From Brevundimonas sp. (GTDB lineage Bacteria; Pseudomonadota; Alphaproteobacteria; Caulobacterales; Caulobacteraceae): a stretch of DNA of 64,000 nt. Location: NCBI GenBank assembly GCA_027531145.1, contig JAPZRF010000002.1:46291-110290 (forward strand), written 5' to 3'. A model generated the notes under the pieces. The model searched no databases. It was not told where the DNA came from and was given only the letters and a program-made list of their open reading frames with translations. The translations under genes were made by a program, and so were the position numbers. This document shows, piece after piece, positions 19,409-32,770 of the stretch (its first letter is position 1; every line of letters starts with the position of its first letter).

Positions 19409-20116
19409 ATGCCCTTCACCGCCACCGTCCTGACCATGTTCCCCGAGGCCTTCCCCGGGCCGCTCGGCGTCAGCCTGATCGGTACGGCTTGGCGCGAGCG
19501 CGGCCTGTGGGCGCTCGAAACTGTGGACATCCGGGCCTTTTCCGACGATAAGCGCGGCTTCCTGGACGACACCCCTGCGGGCGGCGGGCCGGGACAGGTG
19601 CTGAAGGCGGACGTGGTGGCCCGGGCTCTCGACAGCCTGACCGGGTTGCGACGGCCGCTTTTGTACATGAGCGCCCGGGGTCGGCCCCTGACCCAGGCGC
19701 GCGTCAGGGACTGGGCGAAACAGGACGGCGTCGTCGTCCTTTGCGGCCGGTTTGAGGGGGTGGACCAGCGGGTGCTCGACTCGCGTGGGTTCGAGGAGGT
19801 CACCGTCGGCGACGCGGTCCTCGCCGGCGGCGAGGCGGCGGCCATGGTGGTGATCGAGGCGTGCGTACGACTGATCCCCGGCGTGCTCGGGCAGGTGGAC
19901 AGCCTGTCTTCCGAGAGTTTCGAGGATGGGCTTCTGGAACATCCGCAGTACACCCGACCGCGGACGTTCGAGGGGCTCGACATCCCGGAGGTCCTGCTCT
20001 CCGGCGACCATCAGAAGGTCGCCCGGTGGCGTCAGGAACAACGGGAAGCGACCACGCGGGAGCGGCGTCCGGACCTCTGGGCGACGTATTCCGCCAACTC
20101 CCCCCGCAAGGCCTGA
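19409..20116 (+). CDS. trmD: tRNA (guanine37-N1)-methyltransferase
   Basis: [36 protein letters not shown] and [10 protein letters not shown]. Confidence 0.95.
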   Translation: MPFTATVLTMFPEAFPGPLGVSLIGTAWRERGLWALETVDIRAFSDDKRGFLDDTPAGGGPGQVLKADVVARALDSLTGLRRPLLYMSARGRPLTQARVRDWAKQDGVVVLCGRFEGVDQRVLDSRGFEEVTVGDAVLAGGEAAAMVVIEACVRLIPGVLGQVDSLSSESFEDGLLEHPQYTRPRTFEGLDIPEVLLSGDHQKVARWRQEQREATTRERRPDLWATYSANSPRKA

Positions 20117-20186
20117 CCTTGCGGACATGCGGGGCTCGCCCCGCCAACTGACAGCCAAGGGGCGACAAAGCCCGAGGAGAATGAAG

Positions 20187-20606
20187 ATGAATATCGTTCA
20201 GCAGCTCGCTGCCGAGGAAAAGGCCCGTCTGCTCGAGGGCAGGACCGTCCCCGAGTTCCAGCCGGGCGACACCCTGCGCGTCAACGTGAAGATCAAGGAA
20301 GGCGAGCGCGAGCGCGTTCAGGCCTTTGAAGGCGTCTGCATCGCCCGCGCCGGCGGCGGCATCAACGAGACCTTCACCGTCCGCAAGATTTCGTTCGGCG
20401 AAGGCGTCGAGCGCAAGTTCCCGATCCTGTCACCGTCGATCGAGTCGATCGAGGTGAAGCGTCGCGGCGTCGTGCGGCGCGCCAAGCTCTATTACCTGCG
20501 CGATCGTCGCGGCAAGTCGGCCCGGATCGCCGAACGCCAGATGCAACGCAAGGACGTCTCGGTCCCGACCGAGGGTGCCGCCGAGACCCCGTCGGCCGAG
20601 AGCTGA
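20187..20606 (+). CDS. rplS: 50S ribosomal protein L19
   Basis: [30 protein letters not shown] and RRAKLYYLR; start chosen by GAGGAG spacing. Confidence 0.97.
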   Translation: MNIVQQLAAEEKARLLEGRTVPEFQPGDTLRVNVKIKEGERERVQAFEGVCIARAGGGINETFTVRKISFGEGVERKFPILSPSIESIEVKRRGVVRRAKLYYLRDRRGKSARIAERQMQRKDVSVPTEGAAETPSAES

Positions 20607-20634
20607 TCCGCCCCGGCCGGTTGACGGGCCGCCG

Positions 20635-21879
20635 ATGACCGGTCCCGCCACGGCTTCAACCCCCGACCCTGCCCAGCCCCGTCGGGTGGTGGTCGTGGGT
20701 GCCGGCCCCGCCGGCCTGACCGCCGCCGCGCGCCTCGCCGCCGGCGGCGTTTCTGTCTCCGTGCTGGAGGCCATGCCCTCGCCGGCCCGCAAGTTCCTGA
20801 TGGCCGGCCGCGGCGGCCTGAACCTGACCCACAGCGAGCCGCCCGACCGCTTCCGCAGCCGCTACGGCCCGGCCCGCGCCCGCGCCCGCGTCGACGCCTG
20901 GCTGGACCAGTTAGGCCCCGCCGACCTGATCTCCTGGGCCGAAGGGCTGGGCCAGCCGACCTTCACCGGTGCCTCCGGCCGCATATTCCCCCGCGCCATG
21001 AAGGCCTCGCCCCTGCTGCGCGCCTGGCTGGCGCAGCTGCAGGCGGCAGGGGTCGAGATCCATCTGCGCCGCCGCTGGACCGGCTGGGACGGAGCCGACG
21101 TCACGGCCGACGGGCCCGACGGCCCGGAGCGCTACCCGGCCGACGCCGTGGTGCTGGCCATGGGCGGGGCCAGCTGGCCGCGGCTCGGCTCGGACGGCAG
21201 CTGGGCCGGTCTGCTGGCCGCCCGCGGCGTGCGGGTCGAACCCTTCCGCCCGGCCAACATGGGCGTCACCCTCCCCTGGAGCCCGGCCATCCCCACCCGC
21301 TGGGCCGGCGCACCGCTGAAGAACCTCCGCCTGACCGTCGGAGACAGGACCGCCCGCGGCGAGGCGGTGATTACCCGCTACGGCCTCGAAGGCGGGGCAG
21401 TCTACGCTCTTTCCGCCGCCCTGCGCGAAGCGTCGGCCCTGACCCTCGACCTCAAGCCGGACCTCGCCGAAGACCGGCTCGCCGCCAGACTGGCCGCCGC
21501 CGCCGCCGGCGAGAGTCTCGCCAACCGGCTGCGCAAGGCCGCCGGCCTGACCGGCCCCGCCGCCGCCCTGCTTCGCGAGGCGGGGCCCCTGCCGCCGGAC
21601 CCGGCCGGTCTCGCCGCCCGGATCAAGGCCCTGACCCTCCCAGTCGCCGGGGTGCAGGGGCTGGAGCGGGCCATCTCCAGCGCCGGCGGCCTGGCCCTGG
21701 ACGAGCTCGATGACCGGCTGATGCTGCGCCGTCTGCCCGGGGTGTTCGCGGCCGGGGAGATGCTGGACTGGGAGGCCCCGACCGGCGGCTATCTGCTGCA
21801 GGCCTGTTTCGCCTCCGGGACGGTGGCCGCCGGCGGCGTGATGGCCTATCTGGCGGAGCGAGAGGGGATCAACCGATGA
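20635..21879 (+). CDS. HI0933/BaiN-like NAD(P)/FAD-dependent oxidoreductase
   Basis: GAGPAGL, RKFLMAGRGGLNLTH, GRIFP, AISSAGG and GGYLLQACFASG. Confidence 0.9.
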   Translation: MTGPATASTPDPAQPRRVVVVGAGPAGLTAAARLAAGGVSVSVLEAMPSPARKFLMAGRGGLNLTHSEPPDRFRSRYGPARARARVDAWLDQLGPADLISWAEGLGQPTFTGASGRIFPRAMKASPLLRAWLAQLQAAGVEIHLRRRWTGWDGADVTADGPDGPERYPADAVVLAMGGASWPRLGSDGSWAGLLAARGVRVEPFRPANMGVTLPWSPAIPTRWAGAPLKNLRLTVGDRTARGEAVITRYGLEGGAVYALSAALREASALTLDLKPDLAEDRLAARLAAAAAGESLANRLRKAAGLTGPAAALLREAGPLPPDPAGLAARIKALTLPVAGVQGLERAISSAGGLALDELDDRLMLRRLPGVFAAGEMLDWEAPTGGYLLQACFASGTVAAGGVMAYLAEREGINR

Positions 21880-23021
21880 CCGACACGCCCGCCATCCATG
21901 GGGTCTGTCCGCCGCGCTTCGATGCGGTTCGCGACGCCTTCGCCCGCAACTTCACCGACGCGCCCGAAGGGCTGAACGAGCAGGCGGCGCGTTTCTCGGT
22001 CTGCGTCGAGGGCGAGACGGTCATCGACGTGTGGGCAGGCCGCGCCGACGCCGCGGGGACGACCCCCTTCGGCCCGGACACCCTCACCCCGGTCTTCTCC
22101 ACCGGCAAGGCGGTGATGGCCCTGCTGATCGCCTGGGCCGTCGAGCGCGGCAAGCTGGCCTATGAGGAGAAGATCGCCGACCTGTGGCCCGGGTTCGGCC
22201 AGGCGGGGAAGGACAAGATCACCGTCGGCCAGCTGCTGTCGCACCAGGCCGGCTTGCCCGGCTTCGACAGCCCGGCCGAGCCGGACATCTGGTTCCAGCC
22301 GCAGGCGGTGCTCGACCGGCTCGCCGCCCAGGCCCCGATGTGGCCGCCCGGCGAGGGCTCCGGCTATCACCCGATCACCGTCGGCTTCCTCGCCAACGAG
22401 GTGTTCCGCCGCGCCGACGGCCGCAGCATGGGCCGGGCCCTGCGCGAGGACTTCGCCAACCCCTTCGGTCTCGACCTGTGGATCGGCCTGCCTGAGGCCG
22501 AGCACGGCCGCGTCGCCCAGCTGAAGAAGCCCTCGGCCCCCCCGGACCTGGGCGAGATCGACGCCATCAAGCGCGCCGCCTTCCTCGACCGCGGCTCGGC
22601 CCCCGGCGGGCGCGGCTCGACCGACTGGCGGATGGCCGAGATCCCCTCGGCCAACCTGCACGGCACGGCCCTCGCCCTCGCCCGGATCATGGCCGTGTTC
22701 GCTGACGGCGGCCGGCTGGACGGCCGCCAGATGCTGTCCGCCCCGGTCCTGACCCAGGCGATGCGCGAGCGCGTCTGGGGCCGCGACCGGGTGGTGCCGT
22801 TCGACATCAGCTGGGGCGCCGGCCTGATGCGCAACAAGCGGCTCAAGGTGCTGGGGCCCAACCCCGATGCCGTCGGCCACTATGGCTGGGGCGGCTCCTG
22901 CGCCTTCGCCGACCCGGCCGCCCGGGTCTCGGCCGCCTATGTCATGACGCGCCAGAGCCCCCACCTGATCGGCGACCCCCGCGCCCTGGCCCTGATCAAC
23001 GCCCTTTACGCCAGCCTCTGA
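21876..23021 (+). CDS. Serine hydrolase, beta-lactamase/esterase family
   Basis: SxxK (STGK), LLSHQAGL, GYH and GHYGWGGS; start overlaps the upstream stop. Confidence 0.9.
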   Translation: MTDTPAIHGVCPPRFDAVRDAFARNFTDAPEGLNEQAARFSVCVEGETVIDVWAGRADAAGTTPFGPDTLTPVFSTGKAVMALLIAWAVERGKLAYEEKIADLWPGFGQAGKDKITVGQLLSHQAGLPGFDSPAEPDIWFQPQAVLDRLAAQAPMWPPGEGSGYHPITVGFLANEVFRRADGRSMGRALREDFANPFGLDLWIGLPEAEHGRVAQLKKPSAPPDLGEIDAIKRAAFLDRGSAPGGRGSTDWRMAEIPSANLHGTALALARIMAVFADGGRLDGRQMLSAPVLTQAMRERVWGRDRVVPFDISWGAGLMRNKRLKVLGPNPDAVGHYGWGGSCAFADPAARVSAAYVMTRQSPHLIGDPRALALINALYASL

Positions 23022-23039
23022 CTCAAACAGGGCACATGC

Positions 23040-23077
23040 AAAAAGGGCGGGACGACCCTTCGGCCGCCCCGCCCCTT
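23040..23077 (-). terminator. Rho-independent terminator for acnA
   Basis: Minus strand GGGGCGGGGCGGCC-GAA-GGGTCGTCCCGCCC-TTTTT. Confidence 0.75.
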
Positions 23078-23100
23078 CAGTCTCGTCCCGGAAGGCGCGA

Positions 23101-25797
<2,697 letters not shown>

Positions 25798-25974
25798 GGG
25801 AGGGTTCCTCTGGTAATCGCCGCCCGACAATTCGGTTGCGCCCCCGCGCGCTCGGCGACGAGGCGCACAGGACCCCGTCGCGCGCGGCGGAAACCCGCTG
25901 CGGCGAAGGGTCTCTTAGTGCCGCCGGACGCCGGCGTCCACGCCCGCGCGAACATGAGAAACGCTCGCAAATCC

Positions 25975-26170
25975 AACACCTCTCCTCCCCATGGAACGGG
26001 CAGGACGCCCGACGCGAGTTTGACGCTTTCACCGCCGTCATCCTCGGGCTTGGGTCCTGGAATGGCCGTGCAGGACATCGCCCCTCCCCACCGCCTTGGG
26101 AAGCAAGACCCCTCTCCTCCCCATTCAATGGGGAGGTGGATCGCCGCGCAGCCGCGAGACGGAGGGGCGG
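25975..26170. repeat. REP/CIR-like cluster between acnA and ccmA
   Basis: Contains the shared 38-nt core (26130-26167) and a CGTC-type CCGTCATCCTCGGGCTTG start near 26035. Confidence 0.75.
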
Positions 26171-26192
26171 CTTCAGCGTGGCGCGACTTGAC

Positions 26193-26804
26193 ATGATCAC
26201 CGCCCTCTCCCTCCATGGCCTCGCCCTGTCGCGCGGGGAGCGGCCGCTGTTCCGCGACCTCGACCTGCAGGTCGCCGCCGGCGAGGCCGTGGCCCTGACC
26301 GGGGCCAACGGGGCCGGCAAGACCTCCCTGCTGCGCGCCGTCGCCGGCCTGCTGCGCCCCGACGCCGGGACCGTGGCCTTCGCTGGCCCCGCCGGTCCGC
26401 TCGACCCGGACGCGGCCCGCGCCGGCTTGCACCTCGTCGGCCACCTCGACGGCCTCAAGGGCGCCCGCACCGTGGCCGAGGAGCTGGCCTTCCAGAGCCG
26501 CTGGCTGGGGGGCGGCGACCCGGCCGGCGCCATCGCCGCCCTCGGCCTGCATCGGTTGACCGGGCTGGAAGTGCGCCGCCTTTCCGCCGGCCAGCGCCGC
26601 CGCGTCGCCCTCGCCCGGCTGATCGCCGCGCCGCGGTCCCTGTGGCTGCTGGACGAGCCCCTGACCCCGCTCGACGCCCGCTGGCGCGCCGCCTTCGGGG
26701 CGCTGATGCAAGCCCACCTGGCCGGCGGCGGCCTGATCCTCGCCGCCGTCCACGACCCCCTGCCCATCCCGGCCCGCGAGATCGTCCTGGGAGCCGACCG
26801 GTGA
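26193..26804 (+). CDS. ccmA: Heme exporter ATPase CcmA
   Basis: Walker [23 protein letters not shown] and WLLDEP; start reset to MITAL. Confidence 0.92.
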   Translation: MITALSLHGLALSRGERPLFRDLDLQVAAGEAVALTGANGAGKTSLLRAVAGLLRPDAGTVAFAGPAGPLDPDAARAGLHLVGHLDGLKGARTVAEELAFQSRWLGGGDPAGAIAALGLHRLTGLEVRRLSAGQRRRVALARLIAAPRSLWLLDEPLTPLDARWRAAFGALMQAHLAGGGLILAAVHDPLPIPAREIVLGADR

Positions 26805-27466
26805 GCGCCGCCCTGCTCCTGCTCCGGCGTGAGCTGGCCCTGGCCTGGGCCGGGGGCGGCGGCCCCCTGCTGGCCCTGGCCTTCCTCGCCGGCCTGACCA
26901 CCCTGATCCCGCTCGCCGTGGGCTCGGACCCGCGGGTGCTGGCGACCCTGTCCGGCGGCGTGGCCTGGATCGCCCTGACCCTCGCCACCCTGCTCTCCCT
27001 CGAGCGCCTGTTCGAGCGCGACCTCGAGGACGGGGCGCTGGACCTGCTCACGCTCGGGCCGCTGCCGCTGGAGGCGGTGGTGGCGATCAAGGCCGTGGCC
27101 CAGTGGCTGGCGCTGGGCCTGCCGCTGGCGCTGGCCGCCCCGGTCACGGCCCTGGCGCTGGGCCTGCCCGCCGCGGCGGTCCCGACCGCTGTCGCCGCCG
27201 GGGCCATCGGCGGGCTGGGCCTGGCCTTCACCGGGGCGCTGGGCGCGGCGGTGGCCCTGGGCGCGCGGCGCGGCGGGGTGCTGATCGCCGTGGTCGCCCT
27301 GCCCCTGTTCATCCCGCCGGTGATCTTCGGGGCCGGGGCCGTGCTGCGGGCGGCGGAGGGCGCCTCGCCCCTGTCCGCCCTCGCCTTCCTCGGGGCCTGC
27401 AGCCTGTTCGCCGCCGCCCTGACGCCCCTGTTCGGCGCCGCCGCCATCCGCAACGCGCAAGGCTAG
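26801..27466 (+). CDS. ccmB: Heme exporter membrane protein CcmB
   Basis: [17 protein letters not shown] and [11 protein letters not shown]; GTG start overlaps the ccmA stop. Confidence 0.92.
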   Translation: MSAALLLLRRELALAWAGGGGPLLALAFLAGLTTLIPLAVGSDPRVLATLSGGVAWIALTLATLLSLERLFERDLEDGALDLLTLGPLPLEAVVAIKAVAQWLALGLPLALAAPVTALALGLPAAAVPTAVAAGAIGGLGLAFTGALGAAVALGARRGGVLIAVVALPLFIPPVIFGAGAVLRAAEGASPLSALAFLGACSLFAAALTPLFGAAAIRNAQG

Positions 27467-27564
27467 GGCGACGCGCCGATCAACCGGCGTTCCGTCGCCG
27501 GCCTTAAATCCGCGCCGATCCGTGCTATAGGCCGCCGCTCCCGCCGCCCGTTCAGGATCCGTCC

Positions 27565-28728
27565 GTGAGCGTCACGCTCGACCTCAGCCGCGCCGCCGCC
27601 CCGTCCGCGGCCGCCTCCGCGCTCGTCAACCTGACCGGTCTGACGCGCGAGGGCCTGCGCGAGGCCCTGATCGCCGCCGACATCTGCCCGCCGGAGAAGG
27701 CGAGGATGCGCGCCGCGCAGGTGTGGCGCTGGATCCACCACTACGGCGTCACCGACTTCGCCCTGATGAGCGATGTGGCGAAGGAAACCCGGGCGAAGCT
27801 GGCGGAGGCCTTCACCCTGGCCCGCCCCGAAATCGTCGAGCGCCAGGTGTCGAGGGACGGCACCCGCAAGTGGCTGATCCGCACGGCTCCGGGGATCGAG
27901 ATCGAGACCGTCTTCATCCCCGACGTCGGCCGCGCCGGGGCCCTGTGCGTCTCCTCCCAGGTCGGCTGCACCCTGAACTGCACCTTCTGCCACACCGGCA
28001 CCCAGAAGCTGGTGCGCAACCTGACCGCCGCCGAGATCGTGGCCCAGGTCCAGGTCGCCCGCGACGACCTCGGCGAATGGCCCTCGCCCAAGGAGGACCG
28101 CCGCCTGTCGAACATCGTGTTCATGGGCATGGGCGAGCCGCTCTACAATCTCGACCACGTCGCCGACGCCATCGACATCATCAGTGACGGGGAAGGCATC
28201 GCCATCTCGCGCCGCCGCATCACGGTGTCGACCTCGGGCGTGGTGCCGATGATCCCCGAGCTGGGCGAGCGCACCGGGACCATGCTGGCGATCAGCCTGC
28301 ACGCCACCAACGACCCCCTGCGCGACGTGCTGGTTCCGCTCAACAGGAAGTACCCGCTCGACCAGCTGATGGCCGCCATCCGCGCCTATCCGGGGCTGGG
28401 CAACGCCAGGCGGGTGACGTTCGAATACGTCATGCTGAAGGGCGTCAACGACAGCCCGGACGAGGCCCGCGCCCTGGTGAAGCTGATCCAGGGCATCCCG
28501 GCCAAGGTCAATCTGATCCCGTTCAACCCCTGGCCGGGCACGGACTACAAGTGCTCGGACTGGAAGACGATCGAGGCCTTCGCCGCCATCCTCAACCGCG
28601 CCGGCTACGCCAGCCCGATCCGCACCCCCCGTGGCCGCGACATCCTCGCCGCCTGCGGCCAGCTCAAGAGCGAGAGCGAGAAGATCCGGGCCTCCGCCCT
28701 CCGGAAGGCCGGCCAGGACGCGGCGTAG
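27565..28728 (+). CDS. rlmN: Dual-specificity RNA methyltransferase RlmN
   Basis: [31 protein letters not shown] and AACGQL. Confidence 0.97.
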   Translation: MSVTLDLSRAAAPSAAASALVNLTGLTREGLREALIAADICPPEKARMRAAQVWRWIHHYGVTDFALMSDVAKETRAKLAEAFTLARPEIVERQVSRDGTRKWLIRTAPGIEIETVFIPDVGRAGALCVSSQVGCTLNCTFCHTGTQKLVRNLTAAEIVAQVQVARDDLGEWPSPKEDRRLSNIVFMGMGEPLYNLDHVADAIDIISDGEGIAISRRRITVSTSGVVPMIPELGERTGTMLAISLHATNDPLRDVLVPLNRKYPLDQLMAAIRAYPGLGNARRVTFEYVMLKGVNDSPDEARALVKLIQGIPAKVNLIPFNPWPGTDYKCSDWKTIEAFAAILNRAGYASPIRTPRGRDILAACGQLKSESEKIRASALRKAGQDAA

Positions 28729-28737
28729 GGTGTGCCG

Positions 28738-28763
28738 GTCACTCCGGTTCCGAACCGGGCGAC
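28738..28763. repeat. CGTC-type REP-like hairpin at the left islet edge
   Basis: GTCACTCCGGTTC-C-GAACCGGGCGAC. Confidence 0.5.
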
Positions 28764-29233
28764 AGATACCAGATCTCCGGCCTGCAGGATTGCCCCTGAA
28801 ATGCTTCTGATTCCCTGCGGAGTTCGCGCATGTCGAGCGGCACAAGAGCTGCCCATGGACCAGAACTGCCGAAGGGACAGGCAGCTCGAATGAACCAGCC
28901 TTGTTGCCCGTCGGGGACCCAACAGCCTTCGTCGGAATGGCATCACTTCGAGCCAGAGTGCGCCACTTGTTGGGACGAAGCGGTCAATCCCGGACGCGAT
29001 ACCGAATGGCAGGTCTCGCCGGAAGGGGACACGACCCTGCTGGGAAGCGCATGTTGCGCCTATCCAGGGATCGCTTCCTGAAAGCCGATCTGCAGAAACC
29101 GGTGGCACGGTGGTCAATGAGCCGGCCGTCTGATGGCTGCGCAACGTCCCACTTGTTTACCGTCACAGTGCAAGGAAAGAGACCTGAAGGAGCTGGCAAT
29201 CAGGCTTGTGGGTGAGCGGTCTGGAAACAGCCT

Positions 29234-29809
29234 TCAGTGGTCGATCGCGTAGCCCGCTACCAGGTCCGCCACGATCTCGAACGGCCGCCTCGAGCGCTGG
29301 GCGCGGGCGACGATCCATGCGCCCTCAAGCGCAATGAGCAGCCCCGTGGCAGCGGTTCTGGGATCGCGCACATTGCCCAGTCTTGCCGCGTGACTTTCGG
29401 CGCGAGCAATCCAGTCAGCGAAGGCAGCCTTGCTTGCGGCTGCCAATCGATCCGAGCCCGGAACAGTTTCAAGCAGAACCGAAGTGATGGGGCATCCTTC
29501 GGTATAGTCGCTACGCTCAAACCAGTCCCCAATGGCTTTCACCAGGGCACGCGCGCCGTCTGCAAACGATGCGGAATCGGCGAACGCGATGTCGATTCGA
29601 GCACTCACCGCATCGCGTGCCTGCGCCATGGCTGCTTCGGCAAGTTGCTCCTTGCCGCCTGGAAAATGGTGGTAGAATGAACCCTTGGGCGCTTTACTGA
29701 CCTCCAGCAGCTCAATGAGACCCGTTCCATGATAGCCCTTGCGCTGGAACAGCTGCACGCCAGCGGCGATCATTCGGTCACGGCTAGGCTGGAGAACCGT
29801 CTCCGGCAT
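29234..29809 (-). CDS. TetR family regulator (LmrA/YxaF-like)
   Basis: KGYHGTG, PKGSFYHHFPGGKEQL, GCP and LEGAWIVARA. Confidence 0.9.
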   Translation of the reverse strand: MPETVLQPSRDRMIAAGVQLFQRKGYHGTGLIELLEVSKAPKGSFYHHFPGGKEQLAEAAMAQARDAVSARIDIAFADSASFADGARALVKAIGDWFERSDYTEGCPITSVLLETVPGSDRLAAASKAAFADWIARAESHAARLGNVRDPRTAATGLLIALEGAWIVARAQRSRRPFEIVADLVAGYAIDH

Positions 29810-29917
29810 CTTGGGACTCTTTCAGACGACTGATTGGCGATTTGGATTTCCCCTTGACCACCTAGCACCGGCTGATCATTATGGCGACCGGTCTAGTGAA
29901 TCTTGCGGGAGATCCGC

Positions 29918-30052
29918 TTGGCCGACCGCCTTGCGCTTGCGCGTCAAATCCTCGCGTCGCAGGCCTTTGTTACTGTGGTCGGCACTGAAGTCATGGCTTA
30001 TGGCGAAGGCATGGTCGAACTGCGGATGAGACAGAACGAACATGATCGGTGA
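29918..30052 (+). pseudogene. N-terminal fragment of a PaaI-like thioesterase
   Basis: My translation LADRLALARQILASQAFVTVVGTEVMAYGEGMVELRMRQNEHDR* resembles PaaI N-termini and stops before the HGG motif. Confidence 0.5.
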
Positions 30053-30123
30053 AAGACGGGTCGCTGGAGACGGATCTCGGGCAAGACCAGCAGTCACAAC
30101 AACTTGAAGGGATAAGTTTGAGC

Positions 30124-30906
30124 ATGTCGGATCAAGGCCTCGTGACAGTGACCTTCCAGGATCACATCCTCCATATGCACGTCGATCGGGCAGCCAAGCG
30201 CAACGCCTTTACGCCACATATGCTGCAAGAGCTTGGGCGTGCGTTCAAACGACTCGATGAGGATCCAGAGGCATGGGTGGGTTTGCTGACATTCGCCGGC
30301 GCACACACGACCTCTGGTCTGGATCTGCCAGCCTTTCTACCGGCCATGCAGAGTGGGACGCCGATCTTCGACGACACCATGCTTGATCCGCACGCGCTTG
30401 AGCGGCCGTGCAGGAAGCCGGTCGTTTGTGCTGTCCAGGGTGTGACCTACACCATCGGCATTGAGCTGATGCTCGCTTGCGACATCACCGTGGCTGCATC
30501 AGACGCGAAGTTCTCTCAACTGGAGCCAGCCCGCGGAATCACCCCGATGGGGGGGGCGACGTTGCGCTTTGTGGATCGCGCGGGCTGGGGCAACGCCATG
30601 TACCATTTGTTGCGATGCGACGTTTTCGATGCGCAGCGCGCAAAAGAGATCGGCTTCGTGCAGGAAGTCGTTGAACCCAACCGCCAGGTTGAACGCGCAC
30701 TGGAGATCGCGGCCGAAATCGCCAGGAATGCCCCATTGGCGATACAAGCTGCCAAGAAGGCCGCGTGGGATGCGGTCATGATCAATGCCAGGGCCGGGGT
30801 GGATCAGCTTGTTCCCAACCAAATGGCCCTGATGCAGACTGCAGATGCGATGGAAGGTGCCATGGCCTTCATGCACCGCCGCCCGGCGGAGTTCAAAGGT
30901 CGGTGA
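30124..30906 (+). CDS. Enoyl-CoA hydratase/isomerase (crotonase)
   Basis: KRNAF, HTTSGLDL, KPVVCAVQG, GIELMLACD and APLAIQAAK. Confidence 0.9.
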   Translation: MSDQGLVTVTFQDHILHMHVDRAAKRNAFTPHMLQELGRAFKRLDEDPEAWVGLLTFAGAHTTSGLDLPAFLPAMQSGTPIFDDTMLDPHALERPCRKPVVCAVQGVTYTIGIELMLACDITVAASDAKFSQLEPARGITPMGGATLRFVDRAGWGNAMYHLLRCDVFDAQRAKEIGFVQEVVEPNRQVERALEIAAEIARNAPLAIQAAKKAAWDAVMINARAGVDQLVPNQMALMQTADAMEGAMAFMHRRPAEFKGR

Positions 30907-30963
30907 TGTCCGGGCGTTCCATCCGGGATGGCTTGCGGCGACACAAGATCGACGGTCGCCCGG

Positions 30964-31356
30964 ATGCCTGCGGCCACCCTTGACCAGAAGACATTGACAT
31001 TCATGCAGAATCCGGGGGCGTTGCTCGCTTGGCCAACGATCGCGCTGACGGTAGCGCTGCCGGGTGCCTGCTGGACAGTCGGTATCCTGGAAGCAACGGG
31101 CTCCATGGCGCTTTGGTTGACGATCCTGGTCAGCGCCGCCTTTGCCTGTTGTGCCTGCACGCGGTTGCACGAGGCGTCGCATGGCCATGCCGGACACGGA
31201 CCGCAAGGAGGTCTTCAGCAGCATCCGGGCAGCCCTCCGTGCAGCGTTCAATGCCGACAGACCATCGCCTGTCTGGTGGATCCGTTTTCGTGTGACTGGC
31301 GCGGGATCAGGGGGATCACACGGCGGCGCGCTGTCGATCCTCGATCTGCTCGATAG
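30964..31356 (+). pseudogene. Probable fatty-acid desaturase N-terminal remnant
   Basis: AWPTIAL..hydrophobic..LHEASH (first His box, ~31168-31182), then the sequence loses desaturase character. Confidence 0.45.
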
Positions 31357-31472
31357 CGGCGCATTCACCGCCCGACATGCAGCCGATATCCGCGCCAATC
31401 GAGCAGGACCATCGTCTCAAGCGTGGAAATCGTCGTCGAAGCGAAACCTGCCCTCACAATCGGACATGACAC

Positions 31473-32246
31473 ATGAGCAGCACGATTTCATCGCGAAACA
31501 TTGATCGAGTAGAGATCATAACCATCGAACGACCCGACCGGCGCAATGCCGTTGATCTGGAAACGGCCCGGGCGCTCATCAAGGCATTCAAGGATTTTGA
31601 TCAGGACGATGGCGCAGACGTTGCGATCTTGACGGGCGCGGGTGGAGCCTTCTGCGCCGGTGCTGATCTGCAGGCGTTGGCCGCGGGCGAGCGCAAACCG
31701 GTCGACCCAGATGGCGATTTTGCGCCGATGGGGCCAACGCGGCTGCGGCTGGGCAAGCCGGTGATCGCTGCGATTGAGGGTCATGCCGTTGCCGGCGGAA
31801 TGGAGTTGGCGCTCTGGTGCGATTTGCGCGTGGCTGGCGCCTCCGCCGTGATGGGCATTTTCAACCGGCGCTTTGGCGTTCCGCTGGTCGATCTGGGAAC
31901 GATCCGCTTGCCACGATTGATCGGCCATGGACGGGCCCTGGACCTGATACTGACGGGTCGGCCGGTGGCCATGGATGAAGCCCTGTCGATCGGACTCGTC
32001 AGCAGGGTCGTTCCGGATGGTGAGGCTCTGACGGCGGCCTTGGCGCTTGCGGCGAAACTGTCCGAGTTTCCGCAAACCGCCATGCGCAATGATCGCATGT
32101 CAGCCGATGAGCAGTGGGGCCTCGATTTTGACGCGGCCGTGGCCAACGAAGTTCGGCTGGGGCTTCACACGATCAGGAGCGGTGAAACAATGTCTGGCGC
32201 AAGCCGCTTCAGCGGCGGGGTCGGTCGTCATGGCGAAGGTGTATGA
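31473..32246 (+). CDS. Enoyl-CoA hydratase/isomerase (crotonase)
   Basis: RPDRRNAVD, FCAGADL, KPVIAAIEGHAVAGGMELALWCD and RRFGVPLVDLGT. Confidence 0.92.
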   Translation: MSSTISSRNIDRVEIITIERPDRRNAVDLETARALIKAFKDFDQDDGADVAILTGAGGAFCAGADLQALAAGERKPVDPDGDFAPMGPTRLRLGKPVIAAIEGHAVAGGMELALWCDLRVAGASAVMGIFNRRFGVPLVDLGTIRLPRLIGHGRALDLILTGRPVAMDEALSIGLVSRVVPDGEALTAALALAAKLSEFPQTAMRNDRMSADEQWGLDFDAAVANEVRLGLHTIRSGETMSGASRFSGGVGRHGEGV

Positions 32247-32770
32247 ACCTGGTATGGGCACCTCAGGGTCACCGACGAGGCACCGGTCTGCATGTCATGC
32301 CGTTGTGCTGTTCAATCGCAAGACATGCGCTCACAGAGGCGATCATCGGGTCAATCGAAAGCCCGGATGCCGATCTCGGTAAATGGCCTGCAGGCAAACG
32401 AACGAATGGTCGCACCCCCCCTTTCGCGCTCAGGAGCAGCCGTCCGGAACCACCCTGCCCGCAGTCATGAGCACGATCGGTGCGCGATCCCGAAATCAAG
32501 AATGGCGGCGTGTCGGGGAACTGGACGTTCAATGCGGTGAACGTGAACGTCCGGACCCGGGCCGGCAACCGAAATCACCCTGCTCAGGCGGCAGGAGGCG
32601 GCTATTCGAGGCTCGCTTCCTGAAGCCCACGTCTCGGAAAGCGGCCCCGGGTCGGTCTTTCAGAGCGCCTCGGCTGTCGTGCTCTTCTACCTTGAGGACC
32701 GGCCTGATCAAGCCGCCGGGGCGGGCGCAAAGCCCTTCAACGTGCCACGACTTGGCAGTTTCGGGAGTGT

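Noticed and set aside
25836-26192. In-frame N-terminal extension of CcmA through the REP cluster
   Set aside because: It translates REP hairpins; typical CcmA length fits the start at 26193.
26188-26200. FixK/FNR-like site at ccmA (TTGACATGATCAC)
   Set aside because: The spacer is one base short, the right half mismatches, and it overlaps the start codon.
28830-29215. Cys-containing short ORFs at the left end of the islet
   Set aside because: Several overlapping frames, none with recognisable motifs, RBS or host-like codon bias; probably decayed non-coding DNA.
32269-32568. AHDCGQG resembling a desaturase His box
   Set aside because: The second His is missing and there is no hydrophobic context; likely chance.
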